In this document: piece after piece, positions 42,311 through 56,059 of the stretch
How positions within the stretch are numbered: position 1 is the stretch's first letter
Layout: every line of letters begins with the position of its first letter
Assembly: GCA_964016885.1 (NCBI GenBank)
Contig: OZ024753.1
Location: 3,224,001-3,288,000, forward strand
Direction of reading: 5' to 3'
Length of the DNA: 64,000 bases
Origin: Eledone cirrhosa
Taxonomy: Eukaryota
Program-made: the position numbers and the translations under genes
Notes under the pieces: generated by a model
Told to the model about the DNA's origin: nothing
What the model saw: only the letters and a program-made list of their open reading frames with translations
The model's database searches: none

Positions 42311-45300
42311 CACCAGCAGACCAACACAACATCCCACAAACACAGCAATGCAGACATAGACCAGCAGACCAACACAACATCTCACAAACACAGCAATAGA
42401 CATAGACCAGTAGACCAGCACAACATCCCACAAACACAGCAATAGACATAGACCAGCAGACCAACACAACATCCCACAAACACAGCAATACAGACATAGA
42501 CCAGCAGACCAACACAACATCCCACAAACACAGCAATACAGACATAGACCAGCAGACCAACACAACATCCCACAAACACAGCAATAGACATAGACCAGCA
42601 GACCAACACAACATCCCACAAACACAGCAATAGACATAGACCAGCAGACCAACACAACATCCCACAAACACAGCAATACAGTCATAGACCAGCAGACCAA
42701 CACAACGTCCCACAAACACAGCAATACAGACATAGACCAGCAGACCAACACAACATCCCACAAACACAGCAATAGACATAGACCAGCAGACCAACACAAC
42801 ATCCCACAAACACAGCAATACAGTCATAGACCAGCAGACCAACACAACGTCCCACAAACACAGCAATACAGTCATAGACCAGCAGACCAACACAACGTCC
42901 CACAAACACAGCAATACAGACATAGACCAGCAGACCAACACAACATCCCACAAACACAGCAATAGACATAGACCAGCAGACCAACACAACATCCCACAAA
43001 CACAGCAATAGACATAGACCAGCAGACCAACACAACATCCCACAAACACAGCAATACAGTCATAGACCAGCAGACCAACACAACGTCCCACAAACACAGC
43101 AATACAGACATAGACCAGCAGACCAACACAACATCCCACAAACACAGCAATAGACATAGACCAGCAGACCAACACAACATCCCACAAACACAGCAATACA
43201 GTCATAGACCAGCAGACCAACACAACGTCCCACAAACACAGCAATACAGTCATAGACCAGCAGACCAACACAACATCCCACAAACACAGCAATAGACATA
43301 GACCAGCAGACCAACACAACATCCCACAAACACAGCAATAGACATAGACCAGCAGACCAACACAACGTCCCACAAACACAGCAATACAGACATAGACCAG
43401 CAGACCAACACAACATCCCACAAACACAGCAATAGACATAGACCAGCAGACCAACACAACGTCCCACAAACACAGCAATACAGACATAGACCAGCAGACC
43501 AACACAACATCCCACAAACACAGCAATAGACATAGACCAGCAGACCAACACAACATCCCACAAACACAGCAATAGACATAGACCAGCAGACCAACACAAC
43601 ATCCCACAAACACAGCAATACAGTCATAGACCAGCAGACCAACACAACATCCCACAAACACAGCAATACAGACATAGACCAGCAGACCAACACAACATCC
43701 CACAAACACAGCAATACAGACATAGACCAGCAGACCAACACAACATCCCACAAACACAGCAATAGACATAGACCAGCAGACCAACACAACATCCCACAAA
43801 CACAGCAATACAGTCATAGACCAGCAGACCAACACAACATCCCACAAACACAGCAATACAGACATAGACCAGCAGACCAACACAACATCCCACAAACACA
43901 GCAATAGACATAGACCAGCAGACCAACACAACATCCCACAAACACAGCAATACAGACATAGACCAGCAGACCAACACAACATCCCACAAACACAGCAATA
44001 GACATAGACCAGCAGACCAACACAACATCCCACAAACACAGCAATACAGTCATAGACCAGCAGACCAACACAACATCCCACAAACACAGCAATACAGACA
44101 TAGACCAGCAGACCAACACAACATCCCACAAACACAGCAATACAGACATAGACCAGCAGACCAACACAACGTCCCACAAACACAGCAATAGACATAGACC
44201 AGCAGACCAACACAACATCCCACAAACACAGCAATACAGACATAGACCAGCAGACCAACACAACATCCCACAAACACAGCAATAGACATAGACCAGCAGA
44301 CCAACACAACATCCCACAAACACAGCAATACAGACATAGACCAGCAGACCAACACAACATCCCACAAACACAGCAATAGACATAGACCAGCAGACCAACA
44401 CAACATCCCACAAACACAGCAATACAGTCATAGACCAGCAGACCAACACAACATCCCACAAACACAGCAATACAGACATAGACCAGCAGACCAACACAAC
44501 ATCCCACAAACACAGCAATACAGACATAGACCAGCAGACCAACACAACATCCCACAAACACAGCAATAGACATAGACCAGCAGACCAACACAACATCCCA
44601 CAAACACAGCAATACAGTCATAGACCAGCAGACCAACACAACATCCCACAAACACAGCAATACAGACATAGACCAGCAGACCAACACAACATCCCACAAA
44701 CACAGCAATAGACATAGACCAGCAGACCAACACAACATCCCACAAACACAGCAATACAGACATAGACCAGCAGACCAACACAACATCCCACAAACACAGC
44801 AATAGACATAGACCAGCAGACCAACACAACATCCCACAAACACAGCAATAGACATAGACCAGCAGACCAACACAACATCCCACAAACACAGCAATACAGA
44901 CATAGACCAGCAGACCAACACAACATCCCACAAACACAGCAATAGACATAGACCAGCAGACCAACACAACATCCCACAAACACAGCAATACAGTCATAGA
45001 CCAGCAGACCAACACAACATCCCACAAACACAGCAATACAGACATAGACCAGCAGACCAACACAACATCCCACAAACACAGCAATACAGACATAGACCAG
45101 CAGACCAACACAACATCCCACAAACACAGCAATACAGACATAGACCAGCAGACCAACACAACGTCCCACAAACACAGCAATAGACATAGACCAGCAGACC
45201 AACACAACATCCCACAGACACAGCAATACAGACATAGACCAGCAGACCAACACAACATCCCACAAACACAGCAATAGACATAGACCAGCAGACCAACACA

Positions 45301-48300
45301 ACATCCCACAAACACAGCAATACAGTCATAGACCAGCAGACCAACACAACATCCCACAGACACAGCAATACAGACATAGACCAGCAGACCAACACAACAT
45401 CCCACAAACACAGCAATAGACATAGACCAGCAGACCAACACAACATCCCACAAACACAGCAATACAGTCATAGACCAGCAGACCAACACAACATCCCACA
45501 AACACAGCAATAGACATAGACCAGCAGACCAACACAACATCCCACAAACACAGCAATACAGTCATAGACCAGCAGACCAACACAACATCCCACAGACACA
45601 GCAATACAGACATAGACCAGCAGACCAACACAACATCCCACAAACACAGCAATAGACATAGACCAGCAGACCAACACAACATCCCACAAACACAGCAATA
45701 CAGTCATAGACCAGCAGACCAACACAACATCCCACAGACACAGCAATACAGACATAGACCAGCAGACCAACACAACATCCCACAAACACAGCAATAGACA
45801 TAGACCAGCAGACCAACACAACATCCCACAAACACAGCAATACAGACATAGACCAGCAGACCAACACAACATCCCACAAACACAGCAATAGACATAGACC
45901 AGCAGACCAACACAACATCCCACAAACACAGCAATAGACATAGACCAGCAGACCAACACAACATCCCACAAACACAGCAATACAGACATAGACCAGCAGA
46001 CCAACACAACATCCCACAAACACAGCAATAGACATAGACCAGCAGACCAACACAACATCCCACAAACACAGCAATACAGTCATAGACCAGCAGACCAACA
46101 CAACATCCCACAAACACAGCAATACAGACATAGACCAGCAGACCAACACAACATCCCACAAACACAGCAATACAGACATAGACCAGCAGACCAACACAAC
46201 ATCCCACAAACACAGCAATACAGACATAGACCAGCAGACCAACACAACATCCCACAAACACAGCAATAGACATAGACCAGCAGACCAACACAACATCCCA
46301 CAAACACAGCAATAGACATAGACCAGCAGACCAACACAACATCCCACAAACACAGCAATAGACATAGACCAGCAGACCAACACAACATCCCACAAACACA
46401 GCAATACAGTCATAGACCAGCAGACCAACACAACGTCCCACAAACACAGCAATACAGTCATAGACCAGCAGACCAACACAACATCCCACAAACACAGCAA
46501 TACAGACATAGACCAGCAGACCAACACAACATCCCACAAACACAGCAATAGACATAGACCAGCAGACCAACACAACGTCCCACAAACACAGCAATACAGA
46601 CATAGACCAGCAGACCAACACAACATCCCACAAACACAGCAATACAGACATAGACCAGCAGACCAACACAACATCCCACAAACACAGCAATACAGTCATA
46701 GACCAGCAGACCAACACAACATCCCACAAACACAGCAATAGACATAGACCAGCAGACCAACACAACATCCCACAAACACAGCAATAGACATAGACCAGCA
46801 GACCAACACAACATCCCACAAACACAGCAATACAGACATAGACCAGCAGACCAACACAACATCCCACAAACACAGCAATACAGTCATAGACCAGCAGACC
46901 AACACAACATCCCACAAACACAGCAATAGACATAGACCAGCAGACCAACACAACATCCCACAAACACAGCAATACAGTCATAGACCAGCAGACCAACACA
47001 ACATCCCACAAACACAGCAATAGACATAGACCAGCAGACCAACACAACATCCCACAAACACAGCAATACAGTCATAGACCAGCAGACCAACACAACATCC
47101 CACAAACACAGCAATAGACATAGACCAGCAGACCAACACAACATCCCACAAACACAGCAATACAGTCATAGACCAGCAGACCAACACAACATCCCACAAA
47201 CACAGCAATAGACATAGACCAGCAGACCAACACAACATCCCACAAACACAGCAATACAGTCATAGACCAGCAGACCAACACAACATCCCACAAACACAGC
47301 AATAGACATAGACCAGCAGACCAACACAACATCCCACAAACACAGCAATAGACATAGACCAGCAGACCAACACAACATCCCACAAACACAGCAATACAGA
47401 CATAGACCAGCAGACCAACACAACATCCCACAAACACAGCAATACAGACATAGACCAGCAGACCAACACAACATCCCACAAACACAGCAATAGACATAGA
47501 CCAGCAGACCAACACAACATCCCACAAACACAGCAATAGACATAGACCAGCAGACCAACACAACATCCCACAAACACAGCAATACAGACATAGACCAGCA
47601 GACCAACACAACATCCCACAAACACAGCAATAGACATAGACCAGCAGACCAACACAACATCCCACAAACACAGCAATACAGTCATAGACCAGCAGACCAA
47701 CACAACATCCCACAAACACAGCAATACAGACATAGACCAGCAGACCAACACAACATCCCACAAACACAGCAATACAGACATAGACCAGCAGACCAACACA
47801 ACATCCCACAAACACAGCAATACAGACATAGACCAGCAGACCAACACAACATCCCACAAACACAGCAATAGACATAGACCAGCAGACCAACACAACATCC
47901 CACAAACACAGCAATAGACATAGACCAGCAGACCAACACAACATCCCACAAACACAGCAATAGACATAGAGCAGCAGACCAACACAACATCCCACAAACA
48001 CAGCAATACAGTCATAGACCAGCAGACCAACACAACGTCCCACAAACACAGCAATACAGTCATAGACCAGCAGACCAACACAACATCCCACAAACACAGC
48101 AATACAGACATAGACCAGCAGACCAACACAACATCCCACAAACACAGCAATAGACATAGACCAGCAGACCAACACAACGTCCCACAAACACAGCAATACA
48201 GACATAGACCAGCAGACCAACACAACATCCCACAAACACAGCAATACAGACATAGACCAGCAGACCAACACAACATCCCACAAACACAGCAATACAGTCA

Positions 48301-51300
48301 TAGACCAGCAGACCAACACAACATCCCACAAACACAGCAATAGACATAGACCAGCAGACCAACACAACATCCCACAAACACAGCAATAGACATAGACCAG
48401 CAGACCAACACAACATCCCACAAACACAGCAATACAGACATAGACCAGCAGACCAACACAACATCCCACAAACACAGCAATACAGTCATAGACCAGCAGA
48501 CCAACACAACATCCCACAAACACAGCAATAGACATAGACCAGCAGACCAACACAACATCCCACAAACACAGCAATACAGTCATAGACCAGCAGACCAACA
48601 CAACATCCCACAAACACAGCAATAGACATAGACCAGCAGACCAACACAACATCCCACAAACACAGCAATACAGTCATAGACCAGCAGACCAACACAACAT
48701 CCCACAAACACAGCAATAGACATAGACCAGCAGACCAACACAACATCCCACAAACACAGCAATACAGTCATAGACCAGCAGACCAACACAACATCCCACA
48801 AACACAGCAATAGACATAGACCAGCAGACCAACACAACATCCCACAAACACAGCAATACAGTCATAGACCAGCAGACCAACACAACATCCCACAAACACA
48901 GCAATAGACATAGACCAGCAGACCAACACAACATCCCACAAACACAGCAATACAGTCATAGACCAGCAGACCAACACAACATCCCACAAACACAGCAATA
49001 CAGACATAGACCAGCAGACCAACACAACATCCCACAAACACAGCAATAGACATAGACCAGCAGACCAACACAACATCCCACAAACACAGCAATAGACATA
49101 GACCAGCAGACCAACACAACATCCCACAAACACAGCAATACAGACATAGACCAGCAGACCAACACAACATCCCACAAACACAGCAATACAGACATAGACC
49201 AGCAGACCAACACAACATCCCACAAACACAGCAATACAGACATAGACCAGCAGACCAACACAACATCCCACAAACACAGCAATACAGACATAGACCAGCA
49301 GACCAACACAACATCCCACAAACACAGCAATACAGACATAGACCAGCAGACCAACACAACATCCCACAAACACAGCAATAGACATAGACCAGCAGACCAG
49401 CACAACATCCCACAAACACAGCAATAGACATAGACCAGCAGACCAACACAACATCCCACAAACACAGCAATACAGTCATAGACCAGCAGACCAACACAAC
49501 GTCCCACAAACACAGCAATACAGTCATAGACCAGCAGACCAACACAACATCCCACAGACACAGCAATACAGACATAGACCAGCAGACCAACACAACATCC
49601 CACAAACACAGCAATACAGTCATAGACCAGCAGACCAACACAACGTCCCACAAACACAGCAATACAGTCATAGACCAGCAGACCAACACAACATCCCACA
49701 AACACAGCAATAGACATAGACCAGCAGACCAGCACAACATCCCACAAACACAGCAATAGACATAGACCAGCAGACCAACACAACATCCCACAAACACAGC
49801 AATACAGTCATAGACCAGCAGACCAACACAACGTCCCACAAACACAGCAATACAGTCATAGACCAGCAGACCAACACAACGTCCCACAAACACAGCAATA
49901 CAGTCATAGACCAGCAGACCAACACAACATCCCACAAACACAGCAATAGACATAGACCAGCAGACCAGCACAACATCCCACAAACACAGCAATAGACATA
50001 GACCAGCAGACCAACACAACATCCCACAAACACAGCAATACAGTCATAGACCAGCAGACCAACACAACGTCCCACAAACACAGCAATACAGTCATAGACC
50101 AGCAGACCAACACAACATCCCACAAACACAGCAATAGACATAGACCAGCAGACCAACACAACATCCCACAAACACAGCAATAGACATAGACCAGCAGACC
50201 AACACAACATCCCACAAACACAGCAATAGACATAGACCAGCAGACCAACACAACATCCCACAAACACAGCAATAGACATAGACCAGCAGACCAACACAAC
50301 ATCCCACAAACACAGCAATAGACATAGACCAGCAGACCAACACAACGTCCCACAAACACAGCAATAGACATAGACCAGCAGACCAACACAACGTCCCACA
50401 AACACAGCAATAGACATAGACCAGCAGACCAACACAACATCCCACAAACACAGCAATAGACATAGACCAGCAGACCAACACAACGTCCCACAAACACAGC
50501 AATAGACATAGACCAGCAGACCAACACAACATCCCACAAACACAGCAATAGACATAGACCAGCAGACCAACACAACATCCCACAAACACAGCAATAGACA
50601 TAGACCAGCAGACCAACACAACGTCCCACAAACACAGCAATAGACATAGACCAGCAGACCAACACAACATCCCACAAACACAGCAATAGACATAGACCAG
50701 CAGACCAACACAACATCCCACAAACACAGCAATAGACATAGACCAGCAGACCAACACAACGTCCCACAAACACAGCAATAGACATAGACCAGCAGACCAA
50801 CACAACATCCCACAAACACAGCAATAGACATAGACCAGCAGACCAACACAACGTCCCACAAACACAGCAATAGACATAGACCAGCAGACCAACACAACAT
50901 CCCACAAACACAGCAATAGACATAGACCAGCAGACCAACACAACATCCCACAAACACAGCAATAGACATAGACCAGCAGACCAACACAACGTCCCACAAA
51001 CACAGCAATAGACATAGACCAGCAGACCAACACAACATCCCACAAACACAGCAATACAGTCATAGACCAGCAGACCAACACAACGTCCCACAAACACAGC
51101 AATACAGACATAGACCAGCAGACCAACACAACATCCCACAAACACAGCAATAGACATAGACCAGCAGACCAACACAACGTCCCACAAACACAGCAATACA
51201 GACATAGACCAGCAGACCAACACAACATCCCACAAACACAGCAATACAGTCATAGACCAGCAGACCAACACAACATCCCACAAACACAGCAATAGACATA

Positions 51301-51592
51301 GACCAGCAGACCAACACAACGTCCCACAAACACAGCAATAGACATAGACCAGCAGACCAACACAACATCCCACAAACACAGCAATACAGTCATAGACCAG
51401 CAGACCAACACAACATCCCACAAACACAGCAATAGACATAGACCAGCAGACCAACACAACATCCCACAAACACAGCAATACAGTCATAGACCAGCAGACC
51501 AACACAACATCCCACAAACACAGCAATAGACATAGACCAGCAGACCAACACAACATCCCACAAACACAGCAATACAGTCATAGACCAGCAGA
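42311..51592. repeat. ~9.3-kb minisatellite of 46/48-bp units (roughly 200 copies)
   Basis: Unit agaccagcagaccaacacaac(a/g)tcccacaaacacagcaata(gacat|cagacat|cagtcat); degenerate lead-in from ~42236. Confidence 0.98.
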
Positions 51593-52039
51593 TAGTTTGA
51601 AAGGGATATGGTGGCACCAGCACTGGGATAGTATTTATGATGATGATAATGTAATATAGTTAGTCGATTTGGTAGAGTTATTAAGGCATTAGATATCTGT
51701 TTTGGCTCTGTGAACTGATTTCATATCTCATCCGTCCACTTTACCTTTCACTGTTTGCAGGTCAAATGAGAGTTACCTGCAAAGAATGAAAGACAAAGTG
51801 GACGGATGAGATTTGAAATCAGTACACATGGCTGGAACACTTGCGACAGTTCCTAAACTAAACAAATCTCAAATTCAAAAGTGACCTTTGAATTTTATGC
51901 GATTGTTTGTTAACCTTAGTCCAACATTTTGGAAATCTCATGAACATAGTTGTTTTCTAGAAAATGAATTCAATTTTGATAATGGCTGTAATTAAATAAA
52001 TTAATATTCAGTTTTACAATTCAGTTTATGCAGTGATGT

Positions 52040-52412
52040 ATATACAAATGAAGCAAGAATGCTTCGATGGATATGCGATGTCAATGGGCGTGACCGACCA
52101 AGCATGGATGAGTTGAGAGTGAAACTGTGTACGAGGAATAAACTGTAATGTGCATGAGAGAAAACTGCATTGGTATAGCCATCTGATATGCATGGATGAT
52201 GACCGCTGGGTGAAGAAATGTCAAGTAATCATAGTGGAAGGAAGAAACAAAGGAAGACCACGGAAAACATGGGTGGAGGTGGTGAGAGATGGCCTCAGAT
52301 TGCTGAAGCTCACAGGGAAGATTACAAAGGTTCCTGATGAATGGAGAGATGCTGTGTTGAAGAGGACATGTCCCACCCTCGGTGGATGTAAAATGATAAT
52401 GATGATGATGAT
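52040..52412 (+). mobile_element. 5'-truncated RTE-clade LINE fragment
   Basis: NEARMLRWICDV...ERKLHWYSHLICMDDDRWVKKC...GRPRKTWVEVVRDGL, then (GAT)n tail. Confidence 0.85.
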
Positions 52413-52415
52413 AAT

Positions 52416-52601
52416 AATTGTTTCTACTTTCGGCACAAGGCCAGCAATTACCCAGTACATTATTGGTACTTTATTTTATCGACCTCGTAAGGATGAAAGG
52501 CAAAGTTAACCTTGGCAGGATTTGAACTCAGATCGTAAAGGGACGTAACTATGCTGGAAAGCATGTCCAACCCTCTACCAACTCTACCAATCCACCACCC
52601 T
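52416..52601 (-). mobile_element. SINE inserted antisense into the RTE (GAT)n tail
   Basis: Same family as 35174-35361; flanked by tgatgatgataat at 52403-52415 and 52602-52614. Confidence 0.85.
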
Positions 52602-52759
52602 TGATGATGATAATGTAATATAGTTAGTCGATTTGGTAGAGTTATTAAGGCATTAGATATCTGTTTTGGCTCTGTGAACTGACTTCATATCTCATCCGTC
52701 CACTTTACCTTTCACTGTTTGCAGGTCAAATCAAATACTATCCCTGTGCTGGTGCCAAT

Positions 52760-53283
52760 ACTATCACATACTGTATGTTTTGCTGGATGGGAAGGAGAGT
52801 TCACCACCATATCGCCATCAAACTATCACATACTGTATGTTTTGCTGGATGGGAAGGAGAGTTCACCACCATATCGCCATCAAACTATCACATACTGTAT
52901 GTTTTGCTGGATGGGAAGGAGAGTTCACCACCATATCGCCATCAAACTATCACATACTGTATGTTTTGAGGGATGGGAAGGAGAGTTCACCACCATATCG
53001 CCATCAAACTATCACATACTGTATGTTTTGCTGGATGGGAAGGAGAGTTCACCACCATATCGCCATCAAACTATCACTTACTTTATGTTTTGCTGGATGG
53101 GAAGGAGAGTTCACCACCATATCGCCATCAAACTATCACATACTGTATGTTTTGCTGGATGGGAAGGAGAGTTCACCACCATATCGCCATCAAACTATCA
53201 CTTACTTTATGTTTTGCTGGATGGGAAGGAGAGTTCACCACCATATCGCCATCAAACTATCACTTACTTTATGTTTTGCTGGA
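52760..53283. repeat. 62-bp minisatellite, 8 full copies plus a partial
   Basis: ctatcacatactgtatgttttgctggatgggaaggagagttcaccaccatatcgccatcaaa at 52761, 52823, 52885 etc.; a decayed copy at ~53357-53400. Confidence 0.95.
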
Positions 53284-53949
53284 GTACATATCGTGTCTAT
53301 ATCTGTCTGTGATTGCATGGGTATCCCAGTGCTGATGCCAACATAACTCCTTCAAGCTATCATATACCATATGTTTTGCTAGATGGGAAGGAGATTTCAG
53401 AGCGTGTCTGCTTCTGTCTGTGATTGCACAGGTATCTAAATAATCCCTTGGTACTTACTACCAAGTTATACTTGATTGTGAGTGACAGCTGTAGATTTAG
53501 TTTTTTGTTTATAACATATAAGAAACATTGTGAAATAGAGTTAAAGTGTTTTAGCAAACCACTACTTATTAATAAATTAATTCCATCAATCAACAAAAGA
53601 CAACTACTGTGCGACACTAATTGGCTAATATAACAATACCAATCTACACATGTCACAAAGCCTGCCTATTCCCACATACCTGTGCACATCAGAGCTAAGC
53701 TCATTATCTATTTTTCTCTTGTTAAAGACTTTTAGAAACTGAAATATTGATGTAAAAGTACAAACTGTTGTTTTTTTATTTTGCATTGTTTAGCATGTCA
53801 TGACTATGTAGTCAATGAGTTCACTTCAGAAGCATGTGATTTCAGATTCATTCACACTTTATGGCATCATCAGTGTCTTCTACTATAGCCTCAGATTGAC
53901 GCATGACTTGAGTGAAATTTCCTAAATGGAAACTGTGTAAAAGACTGTG

Positions 53950-53956
<7 letters not shown>

Positions 53957-53999
<43 letters not shown>

Positions 54000-54005
54000 A
54001 TTTTA

Positions 54006-54040
<35 letters not shown>

Positions 54041-54087
54041 ATTTTAATAAATAAATATATATATATATATATATATATCCCATTTTA

Positions 54088-54126
<39 letters not shown>

Positions 54127-54128
54127 AT
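53957..54128. repeat. (TA)n-cacattttaataaa compound repeat x3-4
   Basis: Direct reading. Confidence 0.9.
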
Positions 54129-55352
54129 TACTTAATTGTTCAACAAAAGGTGGGTTGATAAAATAAAGTATGAGACGTCAAATATTTCGTTCAATTGACT
54201 AAATCCTTTCACGTCAATGCTCCAGAATGGCCACAGTCTGACTGAAACCAGTAAAAGAAATATAAATAGAATTACTAGTTTGATACAGATAACATAAAAG
54301 TGTGTTTTCTCTAGATACCTGCTGCAAGATATAAAGCCAGGCTCTATGAGTTATTAGACTGATACCCTAAAATCCCATTTATATGTTTGGGAAGAAAGAA
54401 ATATTTCATTTGTCATATTTATTTAGACACACTTCATGAAACATAACTTTCAGCTAATTAATATCTTCATAGCAGAAAAAATATGTGCTACACATGACTG
54501 GATGTGTTAAGAAATCTTACTGCTTGCAATTTTGTAAAGTTTTCTTCCTTCATTTTTATGTTCTTGCATAATAAAAATCAGGGCATTATCAGTAGAATTA
54601 TAGCAAAGTTAGTAATATCAAGATGGTGATGGTGGTGAAACTAGTATTGATAAGGATAAAGGTATTGATATTACTGAGAGTCATAAAAGTGATGATTATG
54701 ATGTTGATTGCTTTTAGTATTGTTATTAATAATAATGATGATGATTAATGATAGTAATAATGATAGTACTGATGGTAACAGTGGTAATAATCATGATATT
54801 AGTGTCTGTAGAGACTATGTTGTTAGTGAAGGTGGTTATAAAATTATTAGATGGAAAAACAATTAAATATAAATAGCAAGATAGAGATAATAGTTGCACA
54901 CAGTCTGAATATATACTAAAATATATTAGTCACTTCAAACAATTGTGGAAATGGTAGCTATGAATTTACAGAGCTGAGACTATAAAGCTGTATTCTCTAG
55001 GGAATAATGGAGAACTTGTTTAGGGTGTAGAATTAGCTTAAATCAATCTCTAATTGATTAAAATGAGAATAAATATAGCATCATCATCATCATCATCATT
55101 TTATATCTAATATGTTGATATGAGTAGAAAGTGTTGTGATGGGTCCACATTGTGGGTTTGGAGAACCACATCATGCTTGTATTTTCTTCTTTTGGCCTGA
55201 TCTCTACAGCTGGATGCCTTTCCTAATACCAATCACATTTCAAAGTGTCCTAGGTGCATTTCATCATCACACCAGCTCATGTACATGCAAGAGGGAAAGT
55301 TCTCTGTACCCTGTATTGTATTCAATTGCCATCTGCTTTATAGAGTGTCTGC

Positions 55353-55389
<37 letters not shown>

Positions 55390-55639
55390 TCATGATGGAG
55401 TCAGTTAGAAACTGGTTATACCATTACTCACCAGAGTACTCGATACTTGGGTAGTAGAGTATGGATATATGAATGAGTCAGGATCCTAAAGGCTAAGCTC
55501 TGGGACGAGCTGTTGAAATGACAAGAGCGCAGCTTTTGGAGTCAAGACTGATTTATGTGTATATATAGCAAGTAAAGATATGCATATGCTATAAGCGTTC
55601 TTTGTTATTTATTTATTATATATATATATATATACATGT

Positions 55640-55671
<32 letters not shown>

Positions 55672-55692
55672 CAATTGTTCATTATTATTAGT

Positions 55693-56059
55693 AGTATCGG
55701 TAGAGGGTCGGAAGCCATGCTTTGACACAAAGAGTTACGGCCCCTGCCATTCTGAGTTCAAATCCCGCCGAGGTTAACTTTGCCTTTCATCCTTACAGGG
55801 TCGATAAAATAGAGTACCAGTAATGCACTGGGATAATTGCTGGCCTTGTGCCAAAAGTGGAAACAATAAAGGGCGGCGGGTTGGCAGTATTAGTAGAGGG
55901 TTGGATGCCATGCTTTGCAGCAAAAGAGTCACGGCCCTTTATGGTCTGAGTTCAAATCCTGCCGAGGTTAACTTTTCCTTTCATCCTTACAGGGTTGATA
56001 AAATAAAGTACCAGTAATGTACTGGGATAATTGCTGGCCTTGTGCCAAAAGTAGAAACA
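55693..56059 (+). mobile_element. head-to-tail SINE dimer
   Basis: Two consecutive monomers (55693-55868 slightly 5'-truncated; 55871-56059 complete with ggcggcgggttggcag head). Confidence 0.88.

Noticed and set aside
42311-51592. CRISPR-like appearance of the array
   Set aside because: No unique spacers, no cas genes, eukaryotic context.
42169-51623. Many long Cys/Val/Leu-rich ORFs (up to 923 aa) on the minus strand
   Set aside because: Translations of the 46/48-bp repeat; open in all three frames and frames switch with unit length, so no coding constraint.
52719-53346. ORFs of 120-197 aa
   Set aside because: Products of the 62-bp tandem repeat; unit length is not a multiple of three.
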